Shown here: piece after piece, positions 48,076 through 61,025 of the stretch | How positions within the stretch are numbered: position 1 is the first letter of the stretch | Layout of the letters: the number at the start of each line of letters is the position of its first letter | From: Camelus dromedarius | Taxonomy: Eukaryota | Reading direction: 5' to 3' | DNA length: 64,000 nucleotides | Assembly: GCF_036321535.1 (NCBI RefSeq) | Contig: NC_087438.1 | Span: 6,946,001-7,010,000 of the forward strand | The notes under the pieces: generated by a model | What the model saw: only the letters and a program-made list of their open reading frames with translations | The model's database searches: none | Told to the model about the DNA's origin: nothing | Translations under genes and position numbers: made by a program

Positions 48076-49559
48076 TTTACCTATGATCCAGCAATCCCAC
48101 TCCTGGTATTTGCACACTTCATTTAATGAAATGCTCTTGTAGAGTCAAGACATTTTGATAGAATGTCTGTAGTTAAACAATCTGATATGTGACTCATCTG
48201 ACACTCCTTACATTTTACCTCTTTTCAAGTTAGCAGGTGATCTTTTTCCTACATACTTCTTTTTTCTGGCCCTAAATAATTCCTTTTCTTTCTGCGTGGC
48301 CTCAGATCGCATATTTGAGACTCAATCTTCTCACTCTAAATAGTTAAGCTTAATTCCTGGGTCTCATGGAACTCATACAGAGCATCTAAAATACATGGCA
48401 GGTAGGAGTTAACTCTCTCTGGGCAATATTAAAGGGACATAATGAACGACAATTAACTGGAACTAATGCTTGATTGAAAAATTGAGGTGATAAACAGGGA
48501 TAAAGCAAGAACATAGCCCAGAAGTCCATGCCAACAGAAACCTAAAATTATTGACAAAATAGAAAATTTTAAATATTTTTAATCAATACTGACTTAAGCA
48601 TATGAATAAATGTTTGACTAATGCATCTTACCACTTATAATTCAGTTTCAAACTGCCATGAGATGTCATAAGACCATCCGAGAGGAAATTGGGGGAAGAA
48701 AGCCTAGATCACAAAAAAAAAAATCATCACTTTTATGGCATTTGTACTGGAATTATTTCCAGAATAATGCGGTTTCACAGCTATAATTCAAACTAAGTTT
48801 TAGTCTATTGGTTTAACTGCAGCATATCTAAAATTTAGAAGTTTTTATAGCCCTCAATCCCCCATAATGGTGGCTAAAACCTTAGAGAAAATTCAATTAT
48901 AGTAGAAGAGAGTTTTGTTCTTTTTTTTCTTCTTCTTCTTAAAAATGGACTTCATTTGGAGACCTGCTAAATACATAGCAGTTCCAAATTTTCCAACCCA
49001 ATGTGTATAAAAATGGAGTGGATTACCAATCCAGAAATGCTGTAGAGGGACACAAAGATTATTAAATGTGGCATAGGAACATTAAAAGAGAATTTAATTG
49101 TCTAAGAGAGGGATTCTTGCTCAGGTAAAATCTATCTGGCTAAGGTTTAAATATATCGCATAACGAAATAATTGCACAAATTTCTTTAAGTACACATGGC
49201 ATCAGAAAGAATCCAGAAAGGGCCCAGTGATGCTGAGGGCTACAGGTCTCACCTTTTACCTTAAAGAAACCAGAAAAGGGAAGAGGAGCTAAGCCTGCAG
49301 GATGCTGGCACATCATCTACCAAGGACAGCTCCGCACCTGGCAGCGGGCTGCTCAGTGGTTTGGCGCCTTCTTGTCTTCTGCTCCACACCCACCTACTTA
49401 ACTAGGGCTATCCTTCAAGCTATAACTTTCTCTTGGAGAGGAGCAGGGTAAGAAAAGCTGAGAGGTGAGGTGAGGGATGGAGTTCTGATTCCTCAGAAGG
49501 GATCACACAATTATTTGGAGATGAAGTTTAGAAATTATTTCATCCAAATCATTCGGTTT

Positions 49560-49662
49560 GGTTAAAGAAAATGAGGTCCAAAGAAATCAAGTGGCTTGCC
49601 CAAGATTAGAAAGGTAAGTCACAGTGGAGCCACCAAGAACCCAGCCTCCAGACTCCGAGTCT
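49560..49662 (-). mobile_element. MIR SINE fragment
   Basis: GAAAATGAGGTCCAAAGAAATCAAGTGGCTTGCCCAAG...GAACCCAG. Confidence 0.65.
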
Positions 49663-50391
49663 CTGGCAGCTTCTCCTGCACCAGAGCCCCGCACACCCTT
49701 CTCCCCTGGGATGGGCATCCTCTCATCACGACCTTCTCCTCCAGGCAGTAGATGTCTTTGGCTGGCTGAACTGACAGAAGTCACAAAAGGACCCGGTCAT
49801 GATATCTGAAGGTTATGACAATGAGCTCTCAGGCTGGATTTGCACTGAGCTGTGGAATAAATCTTTATCTGTAGGATTCCACTGAAAGCAAGTTCAGGTG
49901 TGTCACGTTTACGAATGTCTGCCTGGGAGCCTCTGCACGCAGTGCTTTATCAGCATACATGCTTATGCATCACCCCGGTTTGCCAGCTGGAGTGTAGAGA
50001 AGAACCCAGGGCTGCAGCAGCCCCGCAGGTAGTCTCAGTCGCTGTGAGGCCCCCAGGCAATGACCTATAGCCTCCAACTACAATTTTGTCGTTCCTACAG
50101 TGGGACAGCAATAATTGGATGATTTTTCAAAACCAAATATTTAAGGAAGAGTATAGCAAATATGAAGTATACAACAGATTTGTTTACCCCATTAACAAAG
50201 CCAACTTTCCCTTTTGGAGTTGGGATTGCTGGGTTGGGGGTGGGGAATTGCACATTTATGCATACTAGCAGTGTGCCAAGAGCCTTGACTTATTTCAAAA
50301 CCATGAAGATTCCATTACTCTAAGCAAATTTTAGAGATTTTCTTTAAGAGAATCATTTGTTTGCGGTTCTATTGAGTGATGCTTTACCTCC

Positions 50392-50393
<2 letters not shown>

Positions 50394-50426
<33 letters not shown>
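50394..50426. repeat. (TG)16 microsatellite
   Basis: Perfect dinucleotide run. Confidence 0.98.
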
Positions 50427-50428
<2 letters not shown>

Positions 50429-52503
50429 CAGTCTCATCCCCATGATTTATTTTTATTAGCTTAGTTTCATATGTATTCAAAGAGACTTGCCAAGTAAGTC
50501 AAATCTACTTTTATTTTTAAAGATGATATATTTTTCAGAATTGAATAATGTAATTTTAAGTAAATTTTTAAAATGTACACTAGAAATTGTATTAACAGTT
50601 TAAAGGGGAGAGTAATTGTAACAGGAATTTGTTTGCATTCTATTTAAACCACGTATGTGAAATGAATTATATCCCACCAACCAGCACCCGCAGAACGCTA
50701 TGGGATGGAGCAGGAGGGAAGAGCTACCTGTGGTCCCGTGAGATTTCTCCTGGTTTTCTCATGATCCCCAAATCGCGCCAGTTTCCTTTCAAACTCTGAG
50801 AACTGCCTGGTGATCAGGTGTGATCTTGGCTGCCACCAGAAGCAATCTGGCTGTCATTCCCACTGTGTTCACTCACAACCACAGAAGAGGGACCATGCTT
50901 TCTTCAATCCCAAACAGCATGCTTTCTCCTTAGAAAATTTTGTCCATGACAGGTCAGTACCTCAGCCCCTCCTATTTTTATATCCTTGGTTAACACTGAT
51001 TCCTAGTTACTGGGATCAGGGAACAGAGGAGTTAACTTTATCAAATTACTAGTTTAAAAAAATGTATGGGAATCTGGCAATACCAGTGAATCAACCTAGG
51101 AGGATAGAATTGCATAAAGACGATATTAGGCATCTGACTTGGTCTTCTGTTTTTGACTCCTAATCAGAGAAGGCTAAAATTCTTCTGCTGGACACAGCAC
51201 ATGGTGAACTGGATTAATGGCTCAAGCTACATGTTTCTATCAAGCACCTTCTGAGTGCTATAACTTCTCCGAAGGCCTGATCTAAAATGATTAAGAAGAG
51301 TACGTGTCATCCTCAAGGCAGCATCGAGGTCTGCTAAATATTTGTTCAGAAGATTTCCAAAATATTCTGGATAGAATCTGTCCCTTTCATGATGAAAGCC
51401 TGTGACTTTAGGAGCTTTTTCTAGCAAAAACGCTTCCTCATTCTTAAGCGGCTGCCACCGCCCCAGGCCTTTCTCTCATCTTCCCTGTCGGAGGATTGAG
51501 GAGGAAACAACCACTTTTACATACTTGAGGAAAACAGTTCTGAGAATGAGTTGACTGGGACAAGTTGTAATTCCCTACCATTACTAAAGAGTTGCTAAGC
51601 AAATATTACAAAGCCAACAGAAAGGGGGAAACGTCCATTTCACTTCCAACAAAGGAAAACTGAAAGTTAGCTCCTTGGATACGAGAAATAAAGGGAAGAG
51701 GGCGAGTTATCATCTCCGTGTTTGTTTTCTAAATAGAGCTGAGTCTTGTTTGCCTTTTTTGGTCTGGTTCAGTTTTGCTTTTGCTTCAGATGAGAAAAAA
51801 TGGGAGATCTGGTCAAGAAGAAAGGAATGGAGCCCACCAGTCCTGCTCTCCTGACAACCCTCCCAGCAGCTGCAGAGGCTTAAGGCATCCTTACAGGTGG
51901 GCAGGGAGCCGTGGTGGCCTGAAACTCACGCAAAACCAGAGCAGAGAAGCTCCCCTGGTTTCATAGTGAGGAAAAGGAGCTCAGAGCTCTCTCTGAACGC
52001 TAGTACAAGATTAAAGGGCTCTGACAGGACACTGAGATCCTTCATGTCCTGGGAAAGACCCAGAGAAGTAAGAGATCTGGCCTCTAACTGGAGGAATCTA
52101 TCATCTCCTCTGGAACACAGTTATTCCCCCCGGAAAAGTAAGGCAAAGACAAAGGTAGAATATACCAAGTTTGCCATGAGTGGCTCTGGGCACAAGTAGT
52201 GTAAGACGCCTGTCTCCCTCGTGTCTTTTGCTGCAGTTCAGGTTCCCTAAATTTTTATCCCCATCTTGACCCACTGGACTCTTGATTTGTGTATTTAACT
52301 GCTTATTTGATGTCTCTACTTGTATATCAATAGGAATATCAAACTTTTCTCCCTGGACCAATTCCTCTCAACCCAGTCCTCCCAGTCTTAGCAGTGATCC
52401 TTTCCTTTACCTCGTATCTCAGGTCAAAAGCCTGAGAATCATCTCTGATGTCTTCATTTTTTTTCTCACGCCCCACCTCCAGTCCATCAGACCCTCCTGG
52501 GCC

Positions 52504-53114
52504 TGTAACAGAGGAAGAGCAGAACTAACACTATGTTGAAACTGCCTCCCTCATTCTTTAGCTTAAATACTTTTATCACTCTAGCCTGGCACAGAAAGAA
52601 CTAAATATTAGAGAAATGTTGCTTGTCCCCGAATAGCTCATTAAGTTCCTTGAAGAAAGTTTCCATCCCATGGTCCCAAGCTAGTTATGGCTAGTACTTG
52701 GTATAGATAAGTTTGCTTTCAGCCCAGAAACCTTGTTAATAGGCAGAAATAAGAATGGTAGAGTAAAAATAACTGCTAACAATTTGAAGTTTTTGCAGGA
52801 GTCTTGTGAGCCGGCACCACGTGAGAAAGCAGAAGAACAAAGAATAGTTATTCATCCCCTGAAGGCCAGATGACTCCGAGAAGTCTGCACTCAGCTTTGT
52901 CCTTTAATCTTGAACCTTACTGCCTCCCCTTTCTCTTAACATAAAAGAAGTCTCAGTTTTATTCCACATTAAGATGGTTCTTTAGGACATCAGTCCACCA
53001 TCTTCTTGGTTTGCTGGCTTTGCAAATAAAGTAGCTATTCCTTGCCCCAGTCACTCATCTTTCGATTTATTGGCTAGTCGTGCGGCAAGCAGTATGAACT
53101 TGGACTCATTAACA
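52504..53114 (+). mobile_element. ERV1-class solo LTR (MER34/MER39-like) inside L2
   Basis: TGTAACAGAG...TTAACA termini; AAGATGGTTCTTTAGGACA, AATAAAGTAGCTATTCCTTGCCCC, GATTTATTGGC..GTCGTGCGGCAAGCAG. Confidence 0.85.
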
Positions 53115-53984
53115 TCTCTACCTCCAAAGCTTAACCCAAATCCATCCATCTCTTGCCATGGCCACATCACCACCATCTCTGGCCTTCATGACAGCAGTCG
53201 TCTCCTTTGCTCATTCCTGTCCCTCTATGGTCCATAATGTAGCCAGAGATTATTTCCCATCCCCTCTCGGGGTCTTTGTAGGAATATTTCCCAGCCAAGA
53301 ATGCACTTCTCCCAAACCTGCTCCTGCTGGCACTACTCTCATCCTTCAGTGGCCCTCAACTCACAGTGGTCCATCCTGATCTCCTGATCTGAGGAGCCCT
53401 CAGTCATTCTCTGTCCCTCCACCCAGTTTTAAAAATAGAAGAATTTTATTACAAATGGCTATGTTATTGTTTATGCATTGATTACCTGGCTTCCCCTTAA
53501 TGATTAAGCTCTAGAGAGGAGAAACTGGGTCCTTTTTAAAAATTATTTTTCATTGGAGTATAGTTGATATACAATATTATCTAAGTTACAGGTGTATGAC
53601 AGTGACTCACAATTTTTAAAGGTTATATTCCATTTGTAGTTATTATAAAGCATTGGCTATATTCCCCGTGTTGTACAATACATCCTTGTGGCTTATTTTA
53701 TACATTATAGTTTGTACCTCTTAATCCCCTACCCCTATATTGCTCCCCCCCTCTTCCTTCTCCCCACTGGTAACCACCAATTTGTTCTCTATATCTGTGA
53801 GTCTGCTTCTTTTTTGTTATATTCACTAGTTTGTTGTATTTTTTTAGATTCCACATATAAGTGACATTACACAGTATTTGTCTTTCTCTGTCTGATTTAT
53901 CTCACTTAGCATAATACCCTATAAGTACATCATGTTGCAGCAAATGACAAAATTACAGTCTTTTTTACAGCTGAGTAATATTCC

Positions 53985-53986
<2 letters not shown>

Positions 53987-54025
<39 letters not shown>
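53987..54025. repeat. (TG)19 microsatellite within L1
   Basis: Perfect dinucleotide run. Confidence 0.98.
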
Positions 54026-54030
<5 letters not shown>

Positions 54031-54208
54031 ACATCTTCACCCATTTATCTGTTGATGGACACTGAGATTGCTTCCGTATCTTGGCAATTGTAAATAATGC
54101 TATTAACATTGGGGGTGCATGTATCTTTTCAAATTAGTGTTTTGGGTTTTTTTTCAGACATACCCATGAGTGGAATTGCTAGGTCATATGGTATCTGTTT
54201 TTAGTTTT

Positions 54209-54338
54209 GGGGGTTTTTTTTAACATTTTTTTATTGAGTTATAGTTATTTTACAATGTTGTGTTGAATTCCAGTGTAGAGCACAAATTTTCAGCTATACA
54301 TGAACATACATATATTCATTGTCATATTTTTTTCACTG
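54209..54338 (-). mobile_element. Younger ~130-bp L1 3'-end insertion (camelid-type) inside the older L1
   Basis: T-rich head, then TTATTGAGTTATAGTTATTTTACAATGTTGTGTTGAATTCCAGTGTAGAGCAC. Exact 13-bp TSD TGTTTTTAGTTTT at 54196-54208 and 54339-54351. Confidence 0.85.
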
Positions 54339-55638
54339 TGTTTTTAGTTTTTTGAGGAACCTCCATACTGTTTTCCACAGTGGCTGCACCAATTTACATT
54401 CCCAACAACAGTGTACAAGGGTTCCCTTTTCTCCACATTCTCACCAATATTTGTTATTTGTGGTCTTTTTGATGATGGCTATTCTGACAGGGAGTGAGGT
54501 GCTATCTCACTGTGGTTTTGATGTGCATTTCCCTGATGATTAGCAATGTTGAGCATCTTTTCATGTGCCCGTTGGCCATCTGCATTTCCTCTTTGGAAAA
54601 ATATCTACTCAGTTCTTCAGCTCATTTCTTAATTGGGTTGTGTGATTTTTTGATGTTGAGTTGTATGAGCTGTTTATATATGTTGGATATTAACCCCTTA
54701 TCAGTTATATCATTTGCAAATATCTTCTCCCATTCAAGTAGGTTGTCTTGTTTTGTCAATTGTTTCCTTTGTCGTGCAAAAGCTTTTAAATTTAATTAGG
54801 TCCCATTTGTTTATTTTTGTTTTTATTTCCTTTGCTTTATGAGACAGATCCAAAAAAAATACTGCTACAATTTATGGCAAATAGTGATCTGCCTATGTTT
54901 TCCTTGAAGAGTTTTATGGTTTGGGGTCTTACATTCAGATCTTTAACCTGTTTTGAGTTTATTTTTGTTTATGATGTTAGAGAATGTTCTAATTTCATTT
55001 TTTATATGTAGCTGTCCAGTTTTTGAAGCACCACTTATCACACAGACTGTCTTTTCTCCATTGTATACGCTTGCCTCCTTTATTGTAGATTAATTGATCG
55101 TGAGTGTATGGGTTTCTTTCTGGGCTGGGTCCTTCTAGATTGTTGCTGTGTATCCAGGAACCGGAATAATGCCTGGCACACAGTAAGGACTTAATAAATG
55201 ATGACTGAATAAGTAAGCAGACAATGAATCCTTCAATCCTCTACATTGAAGCCAATCAAAACAGCAACAGGAAAGAAATGAAAACCCCCAAAGATGTTTG
55301 TAGGGAAGGCTGTTCTTGACCCCTTACAAGTTCACGTCTGATGAGGGAGCAGACGGGAACTTGGATGAGCTGTCCTGCAACAGGTGATCTATTCTGGAAT
55401 CCTCAGCCCATCCCATAGTCTCCACCCTTGAATTGACACCTCTGATCTCCCTCAGGGGGCTTCAGAGAAAGTCATGTGATATTACCACAAATATCACCAT
55501 TTCTATAGCCTTGACGAAAACAGTTTTGAGAATTCATTGACTGGGACAGGTTTTAAGAAAGGAAAGCTTCCTAGAGAAGTCTGAATGTTAGCTGGGCCTC
55601 GAAACGTGGCCAAGAAAATGACCTCACTTAACGTAGAT

Positions 55639-55879
55639 CAGTGTTTCTCAACTTTTTTTCATCATCATCCCTCCCACCCAAGGAGCCTTTTTAGACTTTT
55701 CCTAATCACCCCTTCTCATGAAATTTTAATGGCACCAGTATACTATATGTCTATGCACCATGACACTTTAGAGGTCCACAAATCATTATAACATCTAAAG
55801 TTTGTTCACCAACCCTCCTCCCCTCCAAGAACCAATTTTTGCCTCCTTGGGGGAAAAATCACTCTGTAGAGAATGAATG
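55639..55879. mobile_element. MER112-like hAT-Charlie element
   Basis: CAGTGTTTCTCAAC...AGGAGCCTTTTTAGAC..TTCCTAATC..ATGAAATTTTAAT...AAGAACCAATTTT..CCTTGGGGG...GAGAATGAATG. Confidence 0.7.
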
Positions 55880-57862
55880 TCACATTCGTTTCTCTTGTGT
55901 AAATAACGATGTTCCTCTGCTATCCTATTGTTGGTAGACAAATTTCTCCTTTAAGAAAGACCTTTTCCAGTGTGGCTTACTTAAGAAAATGTTTGGGGGA
56001 AATAACTGAACCCCTCAAAAAATGTGCCTTGTGTTGGCAAGATACACTTCATCTCTCCTTTGACTTTGCTCTTTGGCTCTAGACGTTAAGGAGTCCAGAT
56101 GTCTTAGCAGGGTGAGAGGTGGCCCCTGAATCATGGACACTGGGAAGGCCAGCTTTCTTAGAGCAGACATTACCCTGAGATTAGAAACAATGCTTGGTGA
56201 GGTAGATTACTTTTTCATGTTACTCTGTGTTTATACACATGTGCTAAGTCTGTGAATTCACCAGTCAGCAGGAGTAGGAAAGAGAGGTGAGGAAGTAAGA
56301 TGGAAGAGAGGACATGCCATAGCACGTTCAGTAGGACCAGGGAGGACCATGGACACCTTTTCCTGAAGATATAAGGACAGCTTTACACAAGAGATGAAAA
56401 CCAAACACGGCCTATTCTTAGTTTTGCTCATAGCCTTGACCTAAACTGAATGAAACTGGCCTGCCTCCTTCCTCTCTTCACTCATTCTTTCAACAAATAT
56501 TTGAGTGTCACGTATTTGTGAATACTATAAAAATGCAAAGGTCAAGATCTATCGATTTTTTCCCCCAAAGAGCCTACATACAGCCCACTGGGAAATCACA
56601 CAAGTGATTCAATTAGTGGAGTGACTGAGACATTCCCCAGGGTATTTGTTCCAGGCTCCACCTTGTGACCCACTGAGGATATTCACCGTTTGCTGTTCTT
56701 CAAGGACAAACTCACCCTTCAGGAACGTAATCTCACTTGCACTTCCAAATTCACTGTTTTCATAATCAAGTGGCATAATGTCAAGCTGCTCCTTAAATTA
56801 AGGTCTCTTCTCTCATTTCCCTCTCCCCACAAAATCAGTGATCACAATCAAAGAAACAATTACTTTTGTTCAGCAAGATCTGCTTTTAATTAACCTATGT
56901 TTGTTCCTTATTGAAAACACCTCTACCAAGAATACACCGAATGAGTCCTTTCTGCTCTGGTACCTGGAAGAATAGACAGGCAATAGCCAATGGCCTGATG
57001 GCCCCACAGCTGCTTCATTCTCAAGACCTTAAATCTCAAGGAAATCATGTCTGCATGTGGGATCCCAGGAACCACAGCTTGCTCCAGACAGCTTCTGAGC
57101 ACACGGCAATGTCCATGTCCAACTGCGGGAGGTTGGCCTTGAAAGATGGAAGGGCTTCTGTGGGAAGGACTGAGGCTTTTCTCCTGGCTCATTCTTAAAG
57201 GGATTATGTCAGCTTCATAAGGTGTTGTACTGACGTTCTGATGTGATGACCTTTTCACATCATTAGGACCAACCTGGGTCAGTAGATCTCCCTGGCCACC
57301 AGCCAGCTCTCACAGCCACTGTGTAGCAGCCTGCTGAATCTGCTTATTCTGTTTAGAAGGTGCAGAGGCCAATATGGAGGCCAGCCTGTTGAATGATTCC
57401 TTTTGAAATCCAATTCTGAAAGTGCATTTCTTATCCTACATTGAGCTTACCTCCTGAGCGTGGCTACAGTCAGTTGCTCCTGCCAGCAGGAGACCTGAGT
57501 CCTAACAAGTTATGCTGGAGCTCTCACTTCTTAGCCCCCTCTAAATGGCCATCACCACATCACAGTCCTCTCTTGAGGAATTCTTTCAAAAATCCTTATC
57601 TTATCAGTGGCAGAGCAGAGGCGTGTAAGATAGGGAGACTTTGGGCTGCAAGCATGTTTCAACAGTATGGTTCTCAAGTTTGAGATCCCTGTGTTTCCAC
57701 CTTCTAGGCCACCATGGGGGGAGATTACCTTGAAGATTAACCATGAACTATCCTGTATCTTTAGCTGATCTAATAGTTTATCAAGCTGGCCTTCAACCTT
57801 GAAGAGCAAATTGATCTCCCAGCATGAAGCAAAGATTTCTTTTGAATATTATGAATTCTTAC

Positions 57863-57978
57863 CTTGGGCTTCCCAGTGAGCTGCTACGTTTCATAAGAAC
57901 TTGAGAACTTCGAGGCTGCTCCACGCCTTCAAAGCCCTTCTGATGCTTTTCTCCGCTGCAATAACAAGTAGGCCACCC
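57863..57978 (-). other. Candidate 116-bp spliced exon (likely non-coding transcript)
   Basis: Minus strand: TCATTTTCTCTACCACAG|GGG acceptor and CCCAAG|GTAAGA donor, in non-repeat DNA. No recognisable protein. Confidence 0.3.
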
Positions 57979-59589
57979 CTGTGGTAGAGAAAATGACTAA
58001 TTAAAAAATTACCTTGCACTGGTCTCTTAGGAAAGTTCCAGAATTCCACCAGACCCCCAAGTTGCATCAGTTCAAACAAAAAAAAGTATCACTCCATAAA
58101 CAAATCACGTCACAAAAACATGATACAGATTGACTGCTTTTCTCTGATAAATTTCCCCATCGTCTTCTATTTCCCAAAAATGAGCAAAAAGCCTCCATTG
58201 CGTTCCTTCCCTTGCTTCATGTAATTTGAGCTCAAATTTAAATGCAGTGGTTTCTTTAAAAACTGTTGCAGCCAGAGACTTTGATAGCCAGTTTCTAGCT
58301 ACAAACTCAAGCTTATCTACGAATGTAAGTTTTAAAATAATATTGAAATAGAACTTTAAAACTGAGATTCTAATTTTTTTAAAGAAAGACTTATAAGTAA
58401 GGAAATAAAAAAGGAAATAAAGTTTGGTATATGAAGGTGAGTAGGCTGTTTCATAAAAGTCATGCCTCTGAAACGTGTCTGTAAGGAGTTGAACCTGCTG
58501 ATGTCTTTTGAAATTTGCTAAGAATAAATTTGAAATCACATTTCCATGGAAGTAATTGCCTATCCTCTGGAGCAATGATTCCTAACTTTTTCAAAGATCC
58601 TTTTTAAGTACCAAGAAATTTAGTGAGAACTCTCATGTGGTTGGAAAAATGTAGAACATGTGCAGAGAGAGGCTCACTGGTCTTTTCATTAATTCCGCAG
58701 CCCCTCAGGAGTCTGGCTCCCACCTGCTGGCTTCCACAGATCCTGCGTTGGGAGAGCCATAAAATTATCCAGAAATGACGGCCCCTGTGCAAACATCCTA
58801 GAACACGCTCACGGCTCGCATTAAACCTTCAGAGATTACTGTGTCTACACCGGATTTGCCAATGCAGAAAACAAACGTAGGTCAGAAACACATAATGTTT
58901 GTCAGAGAACAAATAGCTTCCATTTTTTTCTTTCAGTCTTAATACGTGGTCTACTATTGATGTTTTATACCCTCTCAATTTACCTTTCTGGTACTCACTA
59001 ATTAAATCGAAAAGCTATTCACCTTCTTCTCAAGCATAGGGTTGAATTGTGAGAACCCAGAGAATTCATGAAAGGCCTTACTATATGCAAATGATAAATG
59101 TGATAACTTATCATTCCCAGCATCGGGATGATTATCCACATAAATCTTCACTGTCCCACTGAGAGCTGCATTAAATCATCCCACTGGTCCATTGCATTGT
59201 GGGTGATAAGCCAGCATTTTCACATGTTTAACCCTATTGCACTTGCATAAGAAACACACCCTAGGCTTTCCGTAAGAACCTCTGAAAGCAATCCAGGCCA
59301 AAAATGACCTATGCCAACCCTCGCCTCCTTCGGGGGCGTAAGAATTCAATGTCATGCTGCCTCTCAATCCTTTATGTCACAGAAGTTGCCTCTAGAGTGA
59401 ACGTTTTGCCCTTTGGGAAGGGATTTTCTAATTTCCACATTCTCTAGACCTTCCCACTGACAGATCAGGAATGCTGTGGCTGTTGTTTAGAAATTCCTCT
59501 TTCCTAACCCTGGGCAGGCCTTCCAACCTACGTATCATTACGCATCTGCCTTTGGGTCATAGAACCACAGACATTATTGGGGTGGCATG

Positions 59590-60100
59590 AATTCAGGGGA
59601 TCTATAAACTTGGATGGGAAAAAAATTAACATCTTTGTTTTCACTAACCTCTAACTGAAATTTAGCACTTCCTTCAAATGGGAATGCAGGCAGCCAACCA
59701 CTGTCCTCTCGGAGACTTTATCACCAAGAGAAATCACCAGTATTTTCACATCACATTAAGGTTGTGCAGGTATCTGAAAATATTTACTCTCATCACTATT
59801 TCAAAATTTAGGTGGCTGTTAGACCTGCCATGGGAGCTTGAGCTGGCTATTTAATACAGTAATAAAGAAGCCCATATATTACTGAATCACCAACTTTATA
59901 TATACACATACATGTATATCAGCTATATATTATACATGTATAATTATATATATGGTAATTATATTTTAACCCAATTGGTTTTCTTTATAATCCTATGTAT
60001 TTTATTTTGTGTATTTAAAAATATTATTTGCAGAAAGGTTGCATGGACCTCATCAGATGGCCAAAGGGGTCCAAGGGACAAAGAAAGTTAAGGATTCTTG
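59590..60100. mobile_element. Charlie4a-like hAT DNA transposon with internal TA-rich expansion
   Basis: AACTTGGATGGGAAAAAA..TTTTCACTAACCTCTAACTGAAATTTAGCA...AATCCTATGTATTTTATTTT...GCCAAAGGGGTCCA..AAAGTTAAG. Confidence 0.85.
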
Positions 60101-60561
60101 CCTTGAAAGTGTATGTCTTTGAATCATCACTGCTGCCACCACCTCCTTGGAAACCCTGCACTTGGCTCCTTTGTTCTCAGTACCCCAGTTCAGGGAGCCC
60201 TGGTTTACAGCCTGTGAACCCCAGGCTTGCTTGTGTGGGGCCAGTTCTGTTTGGCAAGAGACATTCTGGGCAGAACACCTGTCCAGGTGGGAGGACCTTA
60301 TTGTCACCCTTCATGGCTTCTTTTCCAACCTGTTACTCCTAGGGGAAATGGCATGGACTTCAGGAAGTGCAAAAAGCCCCTCATTCATTCCAATTTACTG
60401 TTGAGAGGCCCTTGGAGAACATTCCATCTGCCTCCTAATTCCACGGTCACGTCAGCAGACTCAAAGAGCAAAATGACCTGACTCAAAATCCCACAGCTAG
60501 TTAATCGTCCTGACTCCCAGGAATTCTTCCTTCTATACACCACCCACGGACACATAACAAT

Positions 60562-60780
60562 AAACAACCTTTATGTTGAGCCCCTTAAAGACCATGCACT
60601 GTTTCATGTGCTTTTCATATGTTAATTTCTTTAATTATCACAATGACCTTAGTAGTAAGTTCAGTGATTCTCCTCACTATACAGATGGGAAAACTGAGGC
60701 CAAGAATGGTTAAGGGACTTACTAGGTTACACAACTAGTAAATGATGGAAACAAGATCCGAATCAGACAGGCAGACTCCT
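60562..60780 (-). mobile_element. MIR SINE
   Basis: ATACAGATGGGAAAACTGAGGCCAAGAATGGTTAAGGGACTT..AGGTTACACAACTAGTAAATG. Confidence 0.85.
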
Positions 60781-60864
60781 CTTGGCCCTGTGACCATCCT
60801 GCCTCTCCAGTCAGCTGCCACCAGGCAGTGTGGATGCCGATGACAAAAATTCAAGTCAAACTGA

Positions 60865-61025
60865 GCAGAAGTAACCTCACAAAGCTCCAGTTTCCCCACC
60901 TTGTAAAATAGGGATAGAAAGATCTGCCTTGCAGAGCTGGTCTGAAAATTAAGCTAAACATATACATCAAGTGCTAAGCATGTCTAGTACATAAGCTCTT
61001 GAAAAGGGTAGGTACTATCATTTTT
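60865..61025 (+). mobile_element. MIR SINE
   Basis: CAGTTTCCCCACCTTGTAAAATAGGGATA...AAGTGCTAAGCA..TAGTACATA. Confidence 0.7.

Larger units (their letters stand above)
53535..55124 (-). mobile_element. 5'-truncated cetartiodactyl LINE-1 (ORF2 C-terminus and 3' UTR)
   Basis: Antisense L1 3' UTR (TTGGAGTATAGTTGAT..TACAAT) and ORF2 (CCATACTGTTTTCCACAGTGGCTGCACCAATTTACATTCCC). Exact 10-bp TSD CTGGGTCCTT at 53525-53534 and 55125-55134. Confidence 0.93.
52270..55215 (+). mobile_element. L2 LINE split into three pieces (~52270-52503, ~53115-53534, ~55125-55215) by later insertions
   Basis: The L2 pieces are colinear across the inserts: CCCCACCTCCAGTCCATCAG / CTCTACCTCCAAA..., then TAAGCTCTAGAGAGG / ...GCCTGGCACACAGTAAGGACTTAATAAATG (L2 3' end). 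Confidence 0.8.

Noticed and set aside
51227..51427. Protein-looking 66-aa minus ORF (FYPEYFGNLLNKYLADLDAALR)
   Set aside because: Non-ATG start, no family recognised, no clear splice boundaries. It would need a BLASTP hit to be reconsidered.
54319..55011. Hydrophobic plus-strand ORFs
   Set aside because: Antisense readings of L1 ORF2.
58105..58575. 156-aa minus-strand ORF
   Set aside because: Non-ATG start, AT-rich low-complexity middle and no recognisable domain.
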